Below the pieces are notes generated by a model that was not told the origin of the DNA, searched no databases, and saw nothing but the letters and a program-made list of their open reading frames with translations. Below are positions 21,384-33,500 of a stretch of 64,000 bases of DNA, one piece after another. Every line of letters begins with the position of its first letter. The stretch's first letter is position 1. The stretch is from an uncultured virus (IMG/VR IMGVR_UViG_3300025362_000006) (lineage: Duplodnaviria > Heunggongvirae > Uroviricota > Caudoviricetes): IMG/VR virus record IMGVR_UViG_3300025362_000006; one strand, given 5' to 3'. Position numbers and translations under genes: made by a program.

Positions 21384-22139
21384 TTGGGTGATGCAACATC
21401 AATGTCAGGGTCTATTGACCTACAAGGATTTTTATATGAATTAATTTATAAAGGTGGGACAACATTAGAAAACATTCCTGAAATGATGTATTTTAATTCT
21501 CAAATTTCAGGAAGATTTAATCCTGATATTAATGGATATACTCTGTGTTTTATGGTCCCTCCTCCATTTAAAGCTTTACAAAATGAAGGAAAATATAATG
21601 AAGAATATATTAAATTATTTAGAAAATTAACTATTTTCTCTTCAATGGATTTTACCCCTCCACAACGTCAAGTACAAAGTGAAAAATTTTCAGCAAGAAC
21701 AGGAGGGGTTTCATATGCAACTGAAGTAGATGTTTCTGCTCAATGTTCTGTAAGTTATGTAGATAACATGGATTTAGATATTTTTAATTTTCATTCCGTG
21801 TGGTTAGAATTTATTCATGAACTCTTACTTGGGTATATTCCTGTTCCTCCAGAATATTTAGTAGAGGGTGATTTATATGGTGCATTAGATTATGCTGCAT
21901 CCATGTTTATAATTAAATATGAACCATCAATGAATGAAATTACATATCTTTGTAAAATGACAGGAATATATCCTCAATCATTGCCAAATAAAGAAATTAT
22001 AGGACAAAGATCATCTAACGAAATGTCTGTAATTCCAATTACATATGCATGTTCTTGGTTTGAAGAAACATTAGATAGAAATCATCCAATTTGGGCAGAA
22101 CTATTAGATAAATTAGCAGAATTTTTCCCGAAATTTTAA
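21384..22139 (+). CDS. tail tube-like / baseplate tube protein
   Basis: Tube-fold-like pattern (dedicated beta-strands, GIYPQS, C-terminal ITYAC); context upstream of wedge gene. Confidence 0.45.
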   Translation: MGDATSMSGSIDLQGFLYELIYKGGTTLENIPEMMYFNSQISGRFNPDINGYTLCFMVPPPFKALQNEGKYNEEYIKLFRKLTIFSSMDFTPPQRQVQSEKFSARTGGVSYATEVDVSAQCSVSYVDNMDLDIFNFHSVWLEFIHELLLGYIPVPPEYLVEGDLYGALDYAASMFIIKYEPSMNEITYLCKMTGIYPQSLPNKEIIGQRSSNEMSVIPITYACSWFEETLDRNHPIWAELLDKLAEFFPKF

Positions 22140-22140
22140 T

Positions 22141-24891
22141 ATGGGACTTTTGAATATGGTAACAACAACTGAATTATTAAAAACACCACAAGATTTTATC
22201 GATGAAGAGACAGAAAATATAAAAACATATTTAGCTGATCATAATGATGTCCAAGTTAATAAATTAGGAATAATTGGGTTCATGATGAATCTTCTTGGTA
22301 ATATTAGATATGATTCAACTCAATATTACCAAAAATTATTTATTGAATCGAATGCATCTACTGCTAGAGATGAAAATAATCTATATATGCATGCTTCTTT
22401 ATACGGATACTCTCCAGCAATGGCCACACCTTCAAAAGCAGATGGTATGTTTAGTTTTGATTTTGCTAACTTATCGACAAACTCTACTGCTGTTAAAAGA
22501 ACTGTGACTTTTAAAACAGTTAGTTTTAAAGTCAATGGTAAGATATTTACTTCAGACACAGTTTATAAATTTGTACAAGAAAATCAATCTAATTATTATG
22601 TTATAGTTTATTTATTGGATGGGACAATAAATCATATTCCTTCTTCTTCTTCATTGGTTTCTGCACCATTTTTTGAGGTATATCAAAAAACTCGACAGAT
22701 TGAAACGATATTACTGTCTAACTATGATTCATTAACTTACTATACCCATCCGTTCACAACAGGTGATGAATATTTAAGTAATATTTCTGTTTATATTAAA
22801 GAAAATGGCGAAACATATACATCTTTATATGGTGATGAATATGATGTCACATTGATTAAATATTTAACATCTTCATTTTCAAAAAGTTGTTTTTTAAGAA
22901 TGGATTCAGCAAATACATATAAATTAGAATTCGGATCTGGTATTAGAGGAAAACATATACCTCTTGCGACAGCTACAATCATTAAAGACATTACATATGC
23001 TGAATCTGGAATTATCAATGTTGAAAGTGTTGGACTTCCAGAAAGTACATGTGAAATAGTTCTTCGAACGTATTCAACAGCAACTACATTTGTGCAAAAT
23101 TATTTATCTGCTAAATTAATATCTGTACAATTTACTGACTCTACACAAGGGATAAATCCTAAGACTGGAGATGGATTAAGAGATGAAATAACATCACACA
23201 TTCAAACTAGGGAATTTTTAATTGATAAACAAGATTATGAAAACTTAACTAGTATTGACGATAATGAGTTTGTCTATTCATTTAAGAAAACAGCTATACA
23301 ACGAAATGATTTTTATTTGTATCAAGTTTTAAGAGATGAAAATCAAATCCCAGTTAAATCTTTTTGTGTTAATTTCCCAATAATAGATACAACTAAAACG
23401 ATACAGACTTTAATATCAACAAAATTAACTGAAAGTGATGGAGAGTTAACTGCTGGTGATTATTTATATACCGTATATGCGAGCGATGGTTTTCATATTT
23501 CTGAAGGTGTTGTACTAAGAGACACTTTAACAACGGAAAATGGAATTGAATTGAATTGGGATGATTTTACATATGCGTCAACTTATATTATATCGGTATA
23601 TGATGGTGTTAGTTATCGAGATTTTTTAACATATGAAAGTACATTTATAGATCTTGGGCAAGTTTCAGATAATGAAGTTAATTTTGCTCAAGAGGAAATT
23701 AGCACCGATGTTTTACCATTGACGTATTCATGGCAAGATTCTTATATATTTTTTCCAGAATTTGAATTAAATAGTATTGAATTTATTAGTCCATTTATAT
23801 ACAAATATAATTCTTTCATGAACTGGTTTGAAGGTCATCTTTTTTATGACGATTTCATAGTTTTATTTGCTAGAAACAACCCAGTTACATTGGAAATCAA
23901 TCAAAACTACACTATTCCACAATTTCATGTACGGGTTGAATATGATTATATTAATAAAAAAACAAGGCTTACAGTAATTTCTCCACAAGATTGTAGTGAA
24001 TTTACGGGTAAAATATCAATATCTAATACATCTATTCAAACACAACAAATTACTCGGCTTACAAGTAATGTATTTTACATTGATTACGATGAAAATTATT
24101 ATGGTATTTTATTTGTAGAACATGTGATTGATTTAATAATTTATAATTGTGATTCGAGTGATGTCATCAATGGTCCAGTATTAACTTATTATACCACTGT
24201 TGAATTTAAACAAATTGAATCACTAAAAGACCAAATAAAAATAGTTAAATATGTTGATGAAGTAGATGAAACTCATATATTGACTATACCTGTTTTAGAA
24301 AAATTAGTTTATGAAGAAAAAGTTGAAGACTATAATTTAAAACTGTTGTCGAATATAACAACAACAAATCTTGCGGAAAAACGATTTCCAAATGATGAAA
24401 TTCAGTATAGATTTTTAAATACATATTATATCGATAAGAAATATCTACGAAGTATTATTAAACAGACGTATGAGTTTACTATGTATTTTCCGTTATTGTT
24501 GACGGTAAATATAATATTTGATAACGTCTATATTGAAAATACAATAATTGATTTAACTACTGAAAAAAATAGTTTGTATATGGCAATTGCGAATAAATTA
24601 CAAGAATCATATACTGGACATGGTATTATATTTTATAATAGTCAGATGATTGATTTCATACATAATGATAGACCATTTATAAAATCGATTACTATCGGAG
24701 TTACTGATAATAATTTAAATGATATTGCTTATGGTATTGAGGTTAATGATGAAGATACTATAATGGAAAACATTCAAGACGACACTTTTGATACTGATGA
24801 AGGTAATACTAAAACAAATATTACTTATTATAATCCTGCATACTTTTGGTGGGATGTTGATAACATTACTATGAATTACGTGTTTAATTAA
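22141..24891 (+). CDS. baseplate wedge protein, T4 gp6-like
   Basis: ESNASTAR...HASLYGYSP, LEFGSGIRGK and IDKQDYE motifs typical of gp6-type wedges. Confidence 0.75.
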   Translation: MGLLNMVTTTELLKTPQDFIDEETENIKTYLADHNDVQVNKLGIIGFMMNLLGNIRYDSTQYYQKLFIESNASTARDENNLYMHASLYGYSPAMATPSKADGMFSFDFANLSTNSTAVKRTVTFKTVSFKVNGKIFTSDTVYKFVQENQSNYYVIVYLLDGTINHIPSSSSLVSAPFFEVYQKTRQIETILLSNYDSLTYYTHPFTTGDEYLSNISVYIKENGETYTSLYGDEYDVTLIKYLTSSFSKSCFLRMDSANTYKLEFGSGIRGKHIPLATATIIKDITYAESGIINVESVGLPESTCEIVLRTYSTATTFVQNYLSAKLISVQFTDSTQGINPKTGDGLRDEITSHIQTREFLIDKQDYENLTSIDDNEFVYSFKKTAIQRNDFYLYQVLRDENQIPVKSFCVNFPIIDTTKTIQTLISTKLTESDGELTAGDYLYTVYASDGFHISEGVVLRDTLTTENGIELNWDDFTYASTYIISVYDGVSYRDFLTYESTFIDLGQVSDNEVNFAQEEISTDVLPLTYSWQDSYIFFPEFELNSIEFISPFIYKYNSFMNWFEGHLFYDDFIVLFARNNPVTLEINQNYTIPQFHVRVEYDYINKKTRLTVISPQDCSEFTGKISISNTSIQTQQITRLTSNVFYIDYDENYYGILFVEHVIDLIIYNCDSSDVINGPVLTYYTTVEFKQIESLKDQIKIVKYVDEVDETHILTIPVLEKLVYEEKVEDYNLKLLSNITTTNLAEKRFPNDEIQYRFLNTYYIDKKYLRSIIKQTYEFTMYFPLLLTVNIIFDNVYIENTIIDLTTEKNSLYMAIANKLQESYTGHGIIFYNSQMIDFIHNDRPFIKSITIGVTDNNLNDIAYGIEVNDEDTIMENIQDDTFDTDEGNTKTNITYYNPAYFWWDVDNITMNYVFN

Positions 24892-25032
24892 GTGGAGACT
24901 TTTTCTATGAATTTACCAATTATATTTATATCGTTTATTGATTTTTTTATTTGGGTTAGTATATTCTTTTGGTTCAGTTTATTGTGATTTATATTTGATT
25001 AATTTTTATATTTTAAAAAGGAGAATTATAGT

Positions 25033-26484
25033 GTGGCTACGATGCGATCTCCAATTGATTTAAGTGGCAATGGTCCAATCATTACTGTTAATGAAGGTGA
25101 GCGAATTATTAAACCGGATAAACCCAGCATAGAATGTGGTACTGATAAGGTTTCTAGAGAAGGTAGTCGAATTGTTCGTCCAGATTGTTGTGGTGTTGAA
25201 ACTGTTGAAGATAAGTTTATTCCGGCTATTGATAGAGTTTTGACAACTGAACAGAAAGCTGTTGAGTATTTGCGATGTAAGAATAATCCATTGTATTGGA
25301 TTTATAATTATGCTTTTTTGCCTGAAACTGGAACTGGGGGTTCGTTTAAAGTTACACCAACTAATCTTCATCCTAAAATGAAGACTGTAGTTAGATCTTT
25401 ATTTCGTTATCATAAGTGTGTTCTTATGGCTAGTCGACAGCTTGGTAAAAGTTCGATTGCTGCACTAATGTTAGCATGGTGTGCGGTATTCTTTGCCGGA
25501 ATTAAGATAATTATATTGAATATGAAGAAAAATGCCGCACTGAATAACCTGGCAACAATTAAACACATTATTAAAACATTACCTCGATGGATGACAGGTG
25601 GGAACGCTTTTAAGTCTAAATCAGAGATAGTTACATATTTAACTTTGTTTAATGATTCCAGGATTGATGTTTTTTATCCGTCAACGACTCATACTGCTAG
25701 TACTTTGGCTAGATCACTAACTTCGCCTATATTGTATATTGATGAGGGAAGTTTCATTTCACATATGACCGAAATCTTTGGCAGTTCTCAGCAAACACTA
25801 TCAAGAGCCAGGGATCAAGCCATTAAAAATGGGATTCCTTATTTTATTTTTGTAACCTCTACGCCGAATGGAACGACGGGGACCGGTGCGTGGTTTTTTC
25901 AACGTTGGCAGAACTCGGTGGATTCAAAATTAATTTTTGACGATAATGCACAGTTCAAGAAAGATGTAGATATAGACATAATAGTAAAAGATCCAAGTAA
26001 AAATTCATTTATTAAAGTCAAATATGGTTGGGAGGAAGATCCTACAAAAAATCAACAATGGTATGATGAACAATGTCAAGAAATTGGAGATGCAAGAACA
26101 GTCAACCAAGAATTAGATTTAGTTTTCGTTGGTACTCAATATTGTATCTTTGATGATAAAACATTATCAAGTTTTGAAGCAGTAAAGAAACCAGATCATA
26201 TAATTATGGCTTCTGGAACTAAACTATTGACATTTCTAGATCATACTTTAAACCCCCATGACTATTATTTGATAGGTGTAGATACAGCAGAGAGTTTACA
26301 GGGTGCATATTGTGCAATTAATGTTTTTTCTTTTCATGAATTTAAACAAATTGCAGAGGTTCAACATCGATATGGTTCTTATAATTTATTTGGAGAAGAT
26401 ATCAATTATGTATTTAAATGGTTAAGACGTACTGTAGGACATGATAATATTATTCTGGCGGTTGAAAATAATACTATCGGACGT
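25033..26484 (+). CDS. terL: terminase large subunit, exon 1 (join 25033..26484,26806..27360; 668 aa)
   Basis: Walker A SRQLGKSS, YIDEG, TSTPNG, nuclease GVDTA; ends at ENNTIGR. Confidence 0.92.
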
Positions 26485-26805
26485 TATTGATTAGCGTCGT
26501 AACTTTGTGAATTGTCTGGAATACCCTTAGAGCTAATATAACAACAACGTGACTTGAAAAGGTGAGCGTGAGAACAGCACAAATGTCTGTTCGTGTTTAA
26601 AAATATATTAGATTGGGCAATCAGCAGCGAAGCTTTATTTAAAATATAAATAGAGAACGTTCAACGACTATCCCTACGGGGAGTACACTCAAGTGAGTGG
26701 AAGTACAAGGCATCGAAAGATGAAGATATAGTCTAATCTGTATAGAAATATACAGTGTATATAATAATACAAGATAGAATTAACGAATCTATCTTAATAC
26801 AAATG
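26485..26805 (+). ncRNA. group I intron (IA-like, no ORF) in terminase
   Basis: P1 GACGU/GCGUC with U.G; core AAUUGUCUGGAA, AAUCAGCAG, CAACGACUA, GAUAUAGUC; P7.1/P7.2; terminal G; removal restores frame. Confidence 0.9.
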
Positions 26806-27360
26806 GCACCAATTGAATACTTGCAACAGTTTGCGAATGCAGATAAATTAAATACAAAAGAATATATTTATTATAATGATTATCTTTATCGAGAAAAAGT
26901 TAAAGATGAAATGAAAGATAAATATGGCATACAAACCACGGGTTTGTCAAAACCATTGATGGTTGGTTGTCTCTTGCAATTTGTAAATGAAGACCCAAAA
27001 TGTATTAAGTCACAAGATTTGATTGATCAATTCTCTAGTATAGAAAAAACAAGTTCAGGGACAATTAAATCGACAGGTTATTCAGATTTATTCATGGCGG
27101 CTTGCTTCTGTGCCCTCGTAAGAAATAAAATGGCAATGGAAATTCTCCCATTAATAGAATCAAAATCATCAAAACTTCAAGGAACACAATTTGTTGATAA
27201 TTATACAAATGTCTTAGCAACGATTCATGGATCTAAATCACAAAAACAATCTGATTATTCAGATGAAGAAGTTGTATATAGCTCTTCAATTGAAGCTTTG
27301 TATGGACACGAAGATATGGAAGAATCTGAAACATCATTCATTCCATTCTTTTCAAGTTAA
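26806..27360 (+). CDS. terL: terminase large subunit, exon 2
   Basis: APIEYL...KYGIQTT...SDLFMA nuclease C-terminal motifs. Confidence 0.88.
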   Translation, partial: APIEYLQQFANADKLNTKEYIYYNDYLYREKVKDEMKDKYGIQTTGLSKPLMVGCLLQFVNEDPKCIKSQDLIDQFSSIEKTSSGTIKSTGYSDLFMAACFCALVRNKMAMEILPLIESKSSKLQGTQFVDNYTNVLATIHGSKSQKQSDYSDEEVVYSSSIEALYGHEDMEESETSFIPFFSS

Positions 27361-27523
27361 CAAAGATATTGTGTGACTAACTTTAAACAATCATAAAACA
27401 ATCGAAAATCCGCCGAGGCCAAAAATGCCGAAGCTTTGAAATCTGCTGAGGCCTCAAAAAATAAAAAGTGAGGATCTTTCTGGGGATATTATATTTATAT
27501 TTATATAGAGGAGTTTTAACTAT

Positions 27524-30500
27524 ATGTCAACAACAAATCAGAAAAAAAATCAATCTAATTCATACTTATTAAAAAATCAATTAGAAAAAGCAAATCTTAA
27601 TCAAAATACTCCAGAAAATCAAACAACAAACTTACAGTATTTAGAACAACGTCAACAAGAACAAGATAGAAGAAATCAAGAACAATTGCAATATGAACAG
27701 CAACAACAAAATGCACCAAATGTTCAAGATCAAGCAGATAGAATTCATTCACAATCTAAACAAGTTAAACGTGGAAAAGTTCTTAATGAATCTGATGCTA
27801 GAAAACGACAACTTAAAATGAATGAGTTATCTGCTTCTAAAGGTTACATGGCTGCGAGTATGGGTGCAAGTTATGTAAAGCAAGCAGGTAGAACAGCAGA
27901 AAACATGGGACTTGGATCTGTCGGAGGAGCATTATTAGGTTCCACTGGTGGATTTTATCAAGGTGGAATGAAGTCAATTTCAAATGCTGGTCGTGTAAAT
28001 AAACGAATGGAAATGGCAAAACATGCTAAAGAATTAGGAGCGACAGGAACAACTAAGAGAGCAACATCACTCATTAATGACACAATGCGTATGTCTTACT
28101 CTGCTAATCTTATGAAAGGACTTATGGGTGGACAGATTGCTCCTACAAGTTCTATGAAAGGTTCTATGGTTGGTGGAATTAATTCTATGTTTGGTGCTGG
28201 TGGTGGTGCCCCTGTTGCTATTGCCAGTGCTGCTGGTCCTGGAGCGGGTCAAGCTGGTATTGGTTCCGCTATTGCTGGTGCTGGAAATGCTGCTGCTACT
28301 GGTGCAGGGTCTATGATATCTCCAGGTATGGCGGCTACTGTTGGACTTGCTGCATTAAGTATGGGGAGTAGCATGGCAGCAAATAAAAAACTTCGTAAAT
28401 TAATGGTCACCAAGAAAACTCCAGGAGAGTTAGAAAGAAAATATGCAAAAGGATCTAATCTTGATAGTTTTTACAAATCACTAAGAGCACAAGAACAAAT
28501 TACTCCTCAACAACAACTTCAATATATTCTCCTCTCTTATATTGAAGGTCATACTAGTGTATTACCAGAATTACTCAGTTTAAATCAACAAACTTCAGAA
28601 GGAAAAGATAAAGCAGGAAAACAGTTAGATGGGAAATATACTAAACAAACAGGAATTTCAGACGACCCTGATGTACTAAAACATGATTCATTACTTACAA
28701 CTCTTGAAAATACACTTAATTTAATGATCACTAAGTATGATCCAATTTCACAGTTAACAAGTTTTATTTTAACTGGATCAACTCCTAAAAAGATTCTTGA
28801 AGATATTGAAAAAGGTAAAGGTTTAAGTAAGAAAGAGTTAAGTGAGAAAGATGATTCTGCACATCGACTAGGAATTTCAACAGATCAATTTAGACTACTT
28901 GGAATTAATTCAGCATCTCTTATTGCTGGTCTTCCATCATATGAAGTAAAAATGCTTGCACTTGCATCTGCATCATATGATATGAATAGATTAATTGCAC
29001 AAGAATCAGCAACTATTCGAAAACATGGTCTAGGAGTAGATCATAATTCATTCAATAGTCCAATTTCAAAAACAGGTTTGTTTGGTAAACTTGAAAATGT
29101 TGTTAATCTAATCCCAGGGTTGAGTGCTGGTTATAATGTTATTAAAGACACCTTATTACTTCCTAAAAAAGGTGCTGAATTTATGAAAGGGTTATTCAAA
29201 GGTGGAATGAACACAATCTTTGGAAAAGACTTTCTTAGACATAAAGATCAGAAAGAGTTAGATAAAGACTTGGGGTTTGATAAATCTGCTCAAGTTAAAG
29301 CTACTGAATACACTGCTGAAGGACTTCCTACTCATATGGAGAAAGTCCGAACACTTGCAGCACAGCAACTAGACATTCAATATAACATTTTTGATGTGTT
29401 GACAAAACAATATAATTTAACTCACGAACAAACGACTGGTAAAAAGTCTGAATATGGTTATACACAAAAGATGGATAACGATGTTCTTCAAGAGAGAACT
29501 TGGGATTCATTTGAACAAAAAATGCTGACTGGTGAAGGATTAGAAAAAGCTCTTGAAAAGCGCCAGGTGATGTATCAACTACAAAGAGATAAAGATTTTA
29601 AAAAATCTGGCATTAATAAACTTACTATGGCAGGGACACTAGGTTTAGCAGGTTTAGTTAATATTGATAGAAAACAAAGTCTTGTGGATAAAATAACACC
29701 AGGTTCTATTGACACAAAAAAAGAAAAAGAACAAAATATTCGTTCAACTATTAAAGATGATACTCATGTTAAAGAAGTTGATTTAGAGACTGAACGTAAA
29801 AGAGCTACTGCTGATGTTACTAAAGAAATAATGCTCCCATTAATGTCTGCAATGGGTCTCTTGACAGCAGTTGCAACAGGAGGTGTTTCAGCAATAGTTG
29901 CTGGTGGTGGAGCTACTGCTTTAGGTAGTGGTGTCGGTGGATTACTAGAAATAAATAATGAAAACCGACGAGATAAATTATTATCTGAGTTAGAAGAAAA
30001 AAATTTAGGAAGAGAAGCAATTGAAGGGAGAGGAATAACTTCAATAGATGACGAAACAAAAAAGAGAAGTAATTTAGCAAATAAAACAACGAGTGCCAGT
30101 AGTATGGGTTTAAGTAGCCCGACATTAACTTCAATAATCGACAAAGACAAAATTGTCCCAGATAAAATTCAAGTTCTTCATGAAATGATTGATGATAGAT
30201 TTGGTGAAGTTGTAGATTTATTTATTTCGCCTATTCAAGTTGAAAATTTAAGTATATTGTCGAGATTGACAGCGATAAAAGATAGACTCACATCTCCAAT
30301 TGGTGTCGATATAAAAAGTTTCACTTCTAGTCTTGTTCGACCAATTAAGAAAGGGTTTGATCGGGTCGTCTCTAAATTAAATTCTAAATTGAAAGTCGAT
30401 GTTAAATCGAATGTTTTCGGTGATTATAAATTAAAGATTCCAAAAGATTCTTCTAGTATTCTTCCAGGTTCTGGTGCTGCTGATAGTTATGCTGAAATCA

Positions 30501-33500
30501 AAGCTGCTGCAGGTGGTGGAGTGTTAGTTGGTGAAAATGGACCAGAGTACATAAAAGATAATAAATATGTTTACAATGCAGACCAAGCAAAATCTAAACT
30601 TGGATTGGATCTTCATAGTTTAGCATCTGACCCAAATGTACGTAAACTAGCTGGTGGAGGAACACTTCCATCTGCTGACGATCTAAAATCTGCCGAGGCC
30701 AAACCAGAAAATAATGTAGTAAGTATTGCCTCAAAAATGAAGGAAGATAAAGAAGAAAAGAAATACACAGAAGAACAAAAAATTCAAAATAAAATACTTT
30801 CGAATAGTGATGAAACTTATAAATTATTAACAGACATTGAAAAAAATACTAGAAAGAAAAATGAAAAGAAAAAAGATGGTATATTTTCAAAAGTACTTGC
30901 TGGATTAGCTGCATTACTTAGTGGCGGTGGTTTAGCTGCATTACTCACTGGAGGAGCGGCATTAGCAGCATTTTTTGGTACAGGGGGTAAGGTAGGAACA
31001 AAAGCAGTCGCCGGTATCGCTGGAAGGATGATGACAAAGATTCTTGCTGGTATTGGAAAAATATTTAAAAAATCAGGACCAGAATTATTAGAAACTATAT
31101 TTGAAAAGATTGGTAAAAACTTTACTAAAATGTGGCCAACCGCACTTAAAGCGTTAGGTGTAGGTAAAGGTTTCTTCACAGATTTAATCACTCACAGTTG
31201 GTCTTTTGTCAAATCAGGTATTAAAAAATTAATGCCTGATATGTTTGATAATATTGGTGCAAAATTAGCTGGTCTTGGTGGTAAAGCAGCTAAAATATTT
31301 AAAAAACTACCAGGGTCAACAGGCATCTTTAAAAAATTAGGTTCTGGATTACTAGAGAAAATAGGTCTTAAAGGTGTTGCTAAGATGGGAATGAAAGGTG
31401 CTGGAAAATTAATCAGTAAACTTATTCCAGGACTAGGGCTTCTTGTTGGTGGTTATTTTGCGGTTCAACGAGCATTAAAAGGTGAATGGCTTGAAGCAGC
31501 AGTTGAATTAGGGTCTGGTATAGCATCATTAGTTCCTGGATTCGGTACAGCACTTAGTCTTTCAGCTGATGTTTGGTTAGCTTTTCGAGATAGTAAAAAA
31601 GAAACTGTTGTTGATGGTGGTCCTGGCTCAAGGACTGGAGCAAAAAAAGAAAAAGTAGATGGACCAGGTCTGCTCAATAAAATGGGAACATTTATTACTG
31701 AAGGTTTTGCTAAAGTTGGAAACTGGATACTTGATAAAGTTTATGCCACACCATTTATTGGTGGATTTATTGAATCTTTTGTGACTGGTGTTAAGAATAC
31801 ATTCTTTGATGTTGTTGACACAGTAAAAGATGCTACGGTTGAAGATGGAAAACTTAAACCTGATTGGTTAGGTAGTCTTGCTACCACTATATGGGATGGA
31901 TTTGGAGAGTTTAAAGATAAAATATTTGAAGGAATTTATAAACTACCAATCATCGGTGGTGCAATTAAGTCTCTTATTACTGGTGTAGATAATGTAATGT
32001 TTGCAACTACTGAATTTGCTAAAGATATTGGAAAATCGGTAGACGGTGGACAGTTTAAACCTGGTTGGATGTCTCGACTGTGGACAACTGTGTCTGAAGG
32101 TTTTGGTAAAGTTAAAACTGTTATACTTGGAGAAATATATAAATTACCAGTCATCGGAGGGGTAATTAAGTCTTTAGTAACTGGTACAGAAAATGTGATG
32201 TTTGCAACTACTGAACTAGTGAAAGGTATTGGAAGTGCTGTCGATGATGGACAATTCAAACCTGGTTGGCCTGGTAGACTGTGGACAACTGTAAAAGAAG
32301 GTTTTGGTAATGTTAAAGATGCTATATTTGACGGTATATATAAACTACCGTTCATAGGTAGTTTTATAGAATCTTCTGTAACTGGTGTTAAAAATACTTT
32401 TTTTGCAACTCAAGACTTTGTTAACGAAACTAATGAAAAAATATCTAATTTTAGTATTTCGGATACTTTTCACAGCATTAAAGATTCATTAGTCACTAAA
32501 TCATCTGATTTTTTTGGTAAAATTCCTTTTATTGGGTCATATTTAAAAGATCGTATCCTTGGTAAAGAAACTAATATTCAAGAAACTCTAACAAATATTA
32601 AAACTGAAGTTAACAATAAAGCTAAAAACTTTAGTGTATCTGATACTTTTACAAATATTAAAGAAAAATATATTGAATTTGCTGCAACTATGTTTAACTC
32701 TGTCCCAATTATTGGTTCGTTCATAAAGAACTTTATTATGGGTAAAGACACAAATTTACAAGAAGAGTTAAAATTAGCTAATATTGATGCTAAAGACACA
32801 GCTAAAAGCTTTAGTATTACTAATACTTTTACAAATATTAAAGAAAAGTATATCGAGATTTATACTACATTATTTAAATCAATTCCAATTATTGGTTCAT
32901 TTATATCGAATTTTCTTATTGGAAAAGAAACTAATGTTCAAGAAGAGTTAAAATTAGCTAATATTGATGCTAAAGACACAGCTAAAAATTTTAGTATTTC
33001 GGATACTTTTCACAGCATTAAACTATTAGTAATAGAAAAAGCTGCTGGGTTTTTTGGTAAAATCCCACTTATTGGATCATGGTTAAGTAATGGTATGTTG
33101 GGTCTTGATCCTAGTTTTAAAAATGAACTCGACCAAATTAAATTAGATCAAGTAAAACAATCTCCTCAATTTAAATTAGCAGATATTTTAAATGATATGA
33201 TATCTGGTATACGAAAAGCTGCTGCTATTAAAGCTTCTTCGATTCCATTAGTTGGTGCTGTTATCGCCAACAAACTTTATCCAGAAGGTGATTTTGATGA
33301 AGATACTGAGATTGTTGATGGTAAGATAGTAAGTGAACCTAAGAGTCTTTCTAAGATTGCTCCTAAAAATATTCTTAAGAAATTAGAGAATCGAGGAGTT
33401 GTTGATATAAATAATATGATCCTAGGAGACAGATCAACAATTGCTGATAATCAATGGGATACTATTTCTGAATTATCTACACCACAACTTCAATCTGTTA

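Noticed and set aside
26755..26805. N-terminus of track ORF 26755..27360 as an independent gene
   Set aside because: These bases are the intron 3' end; the remainder is terminase exon 2
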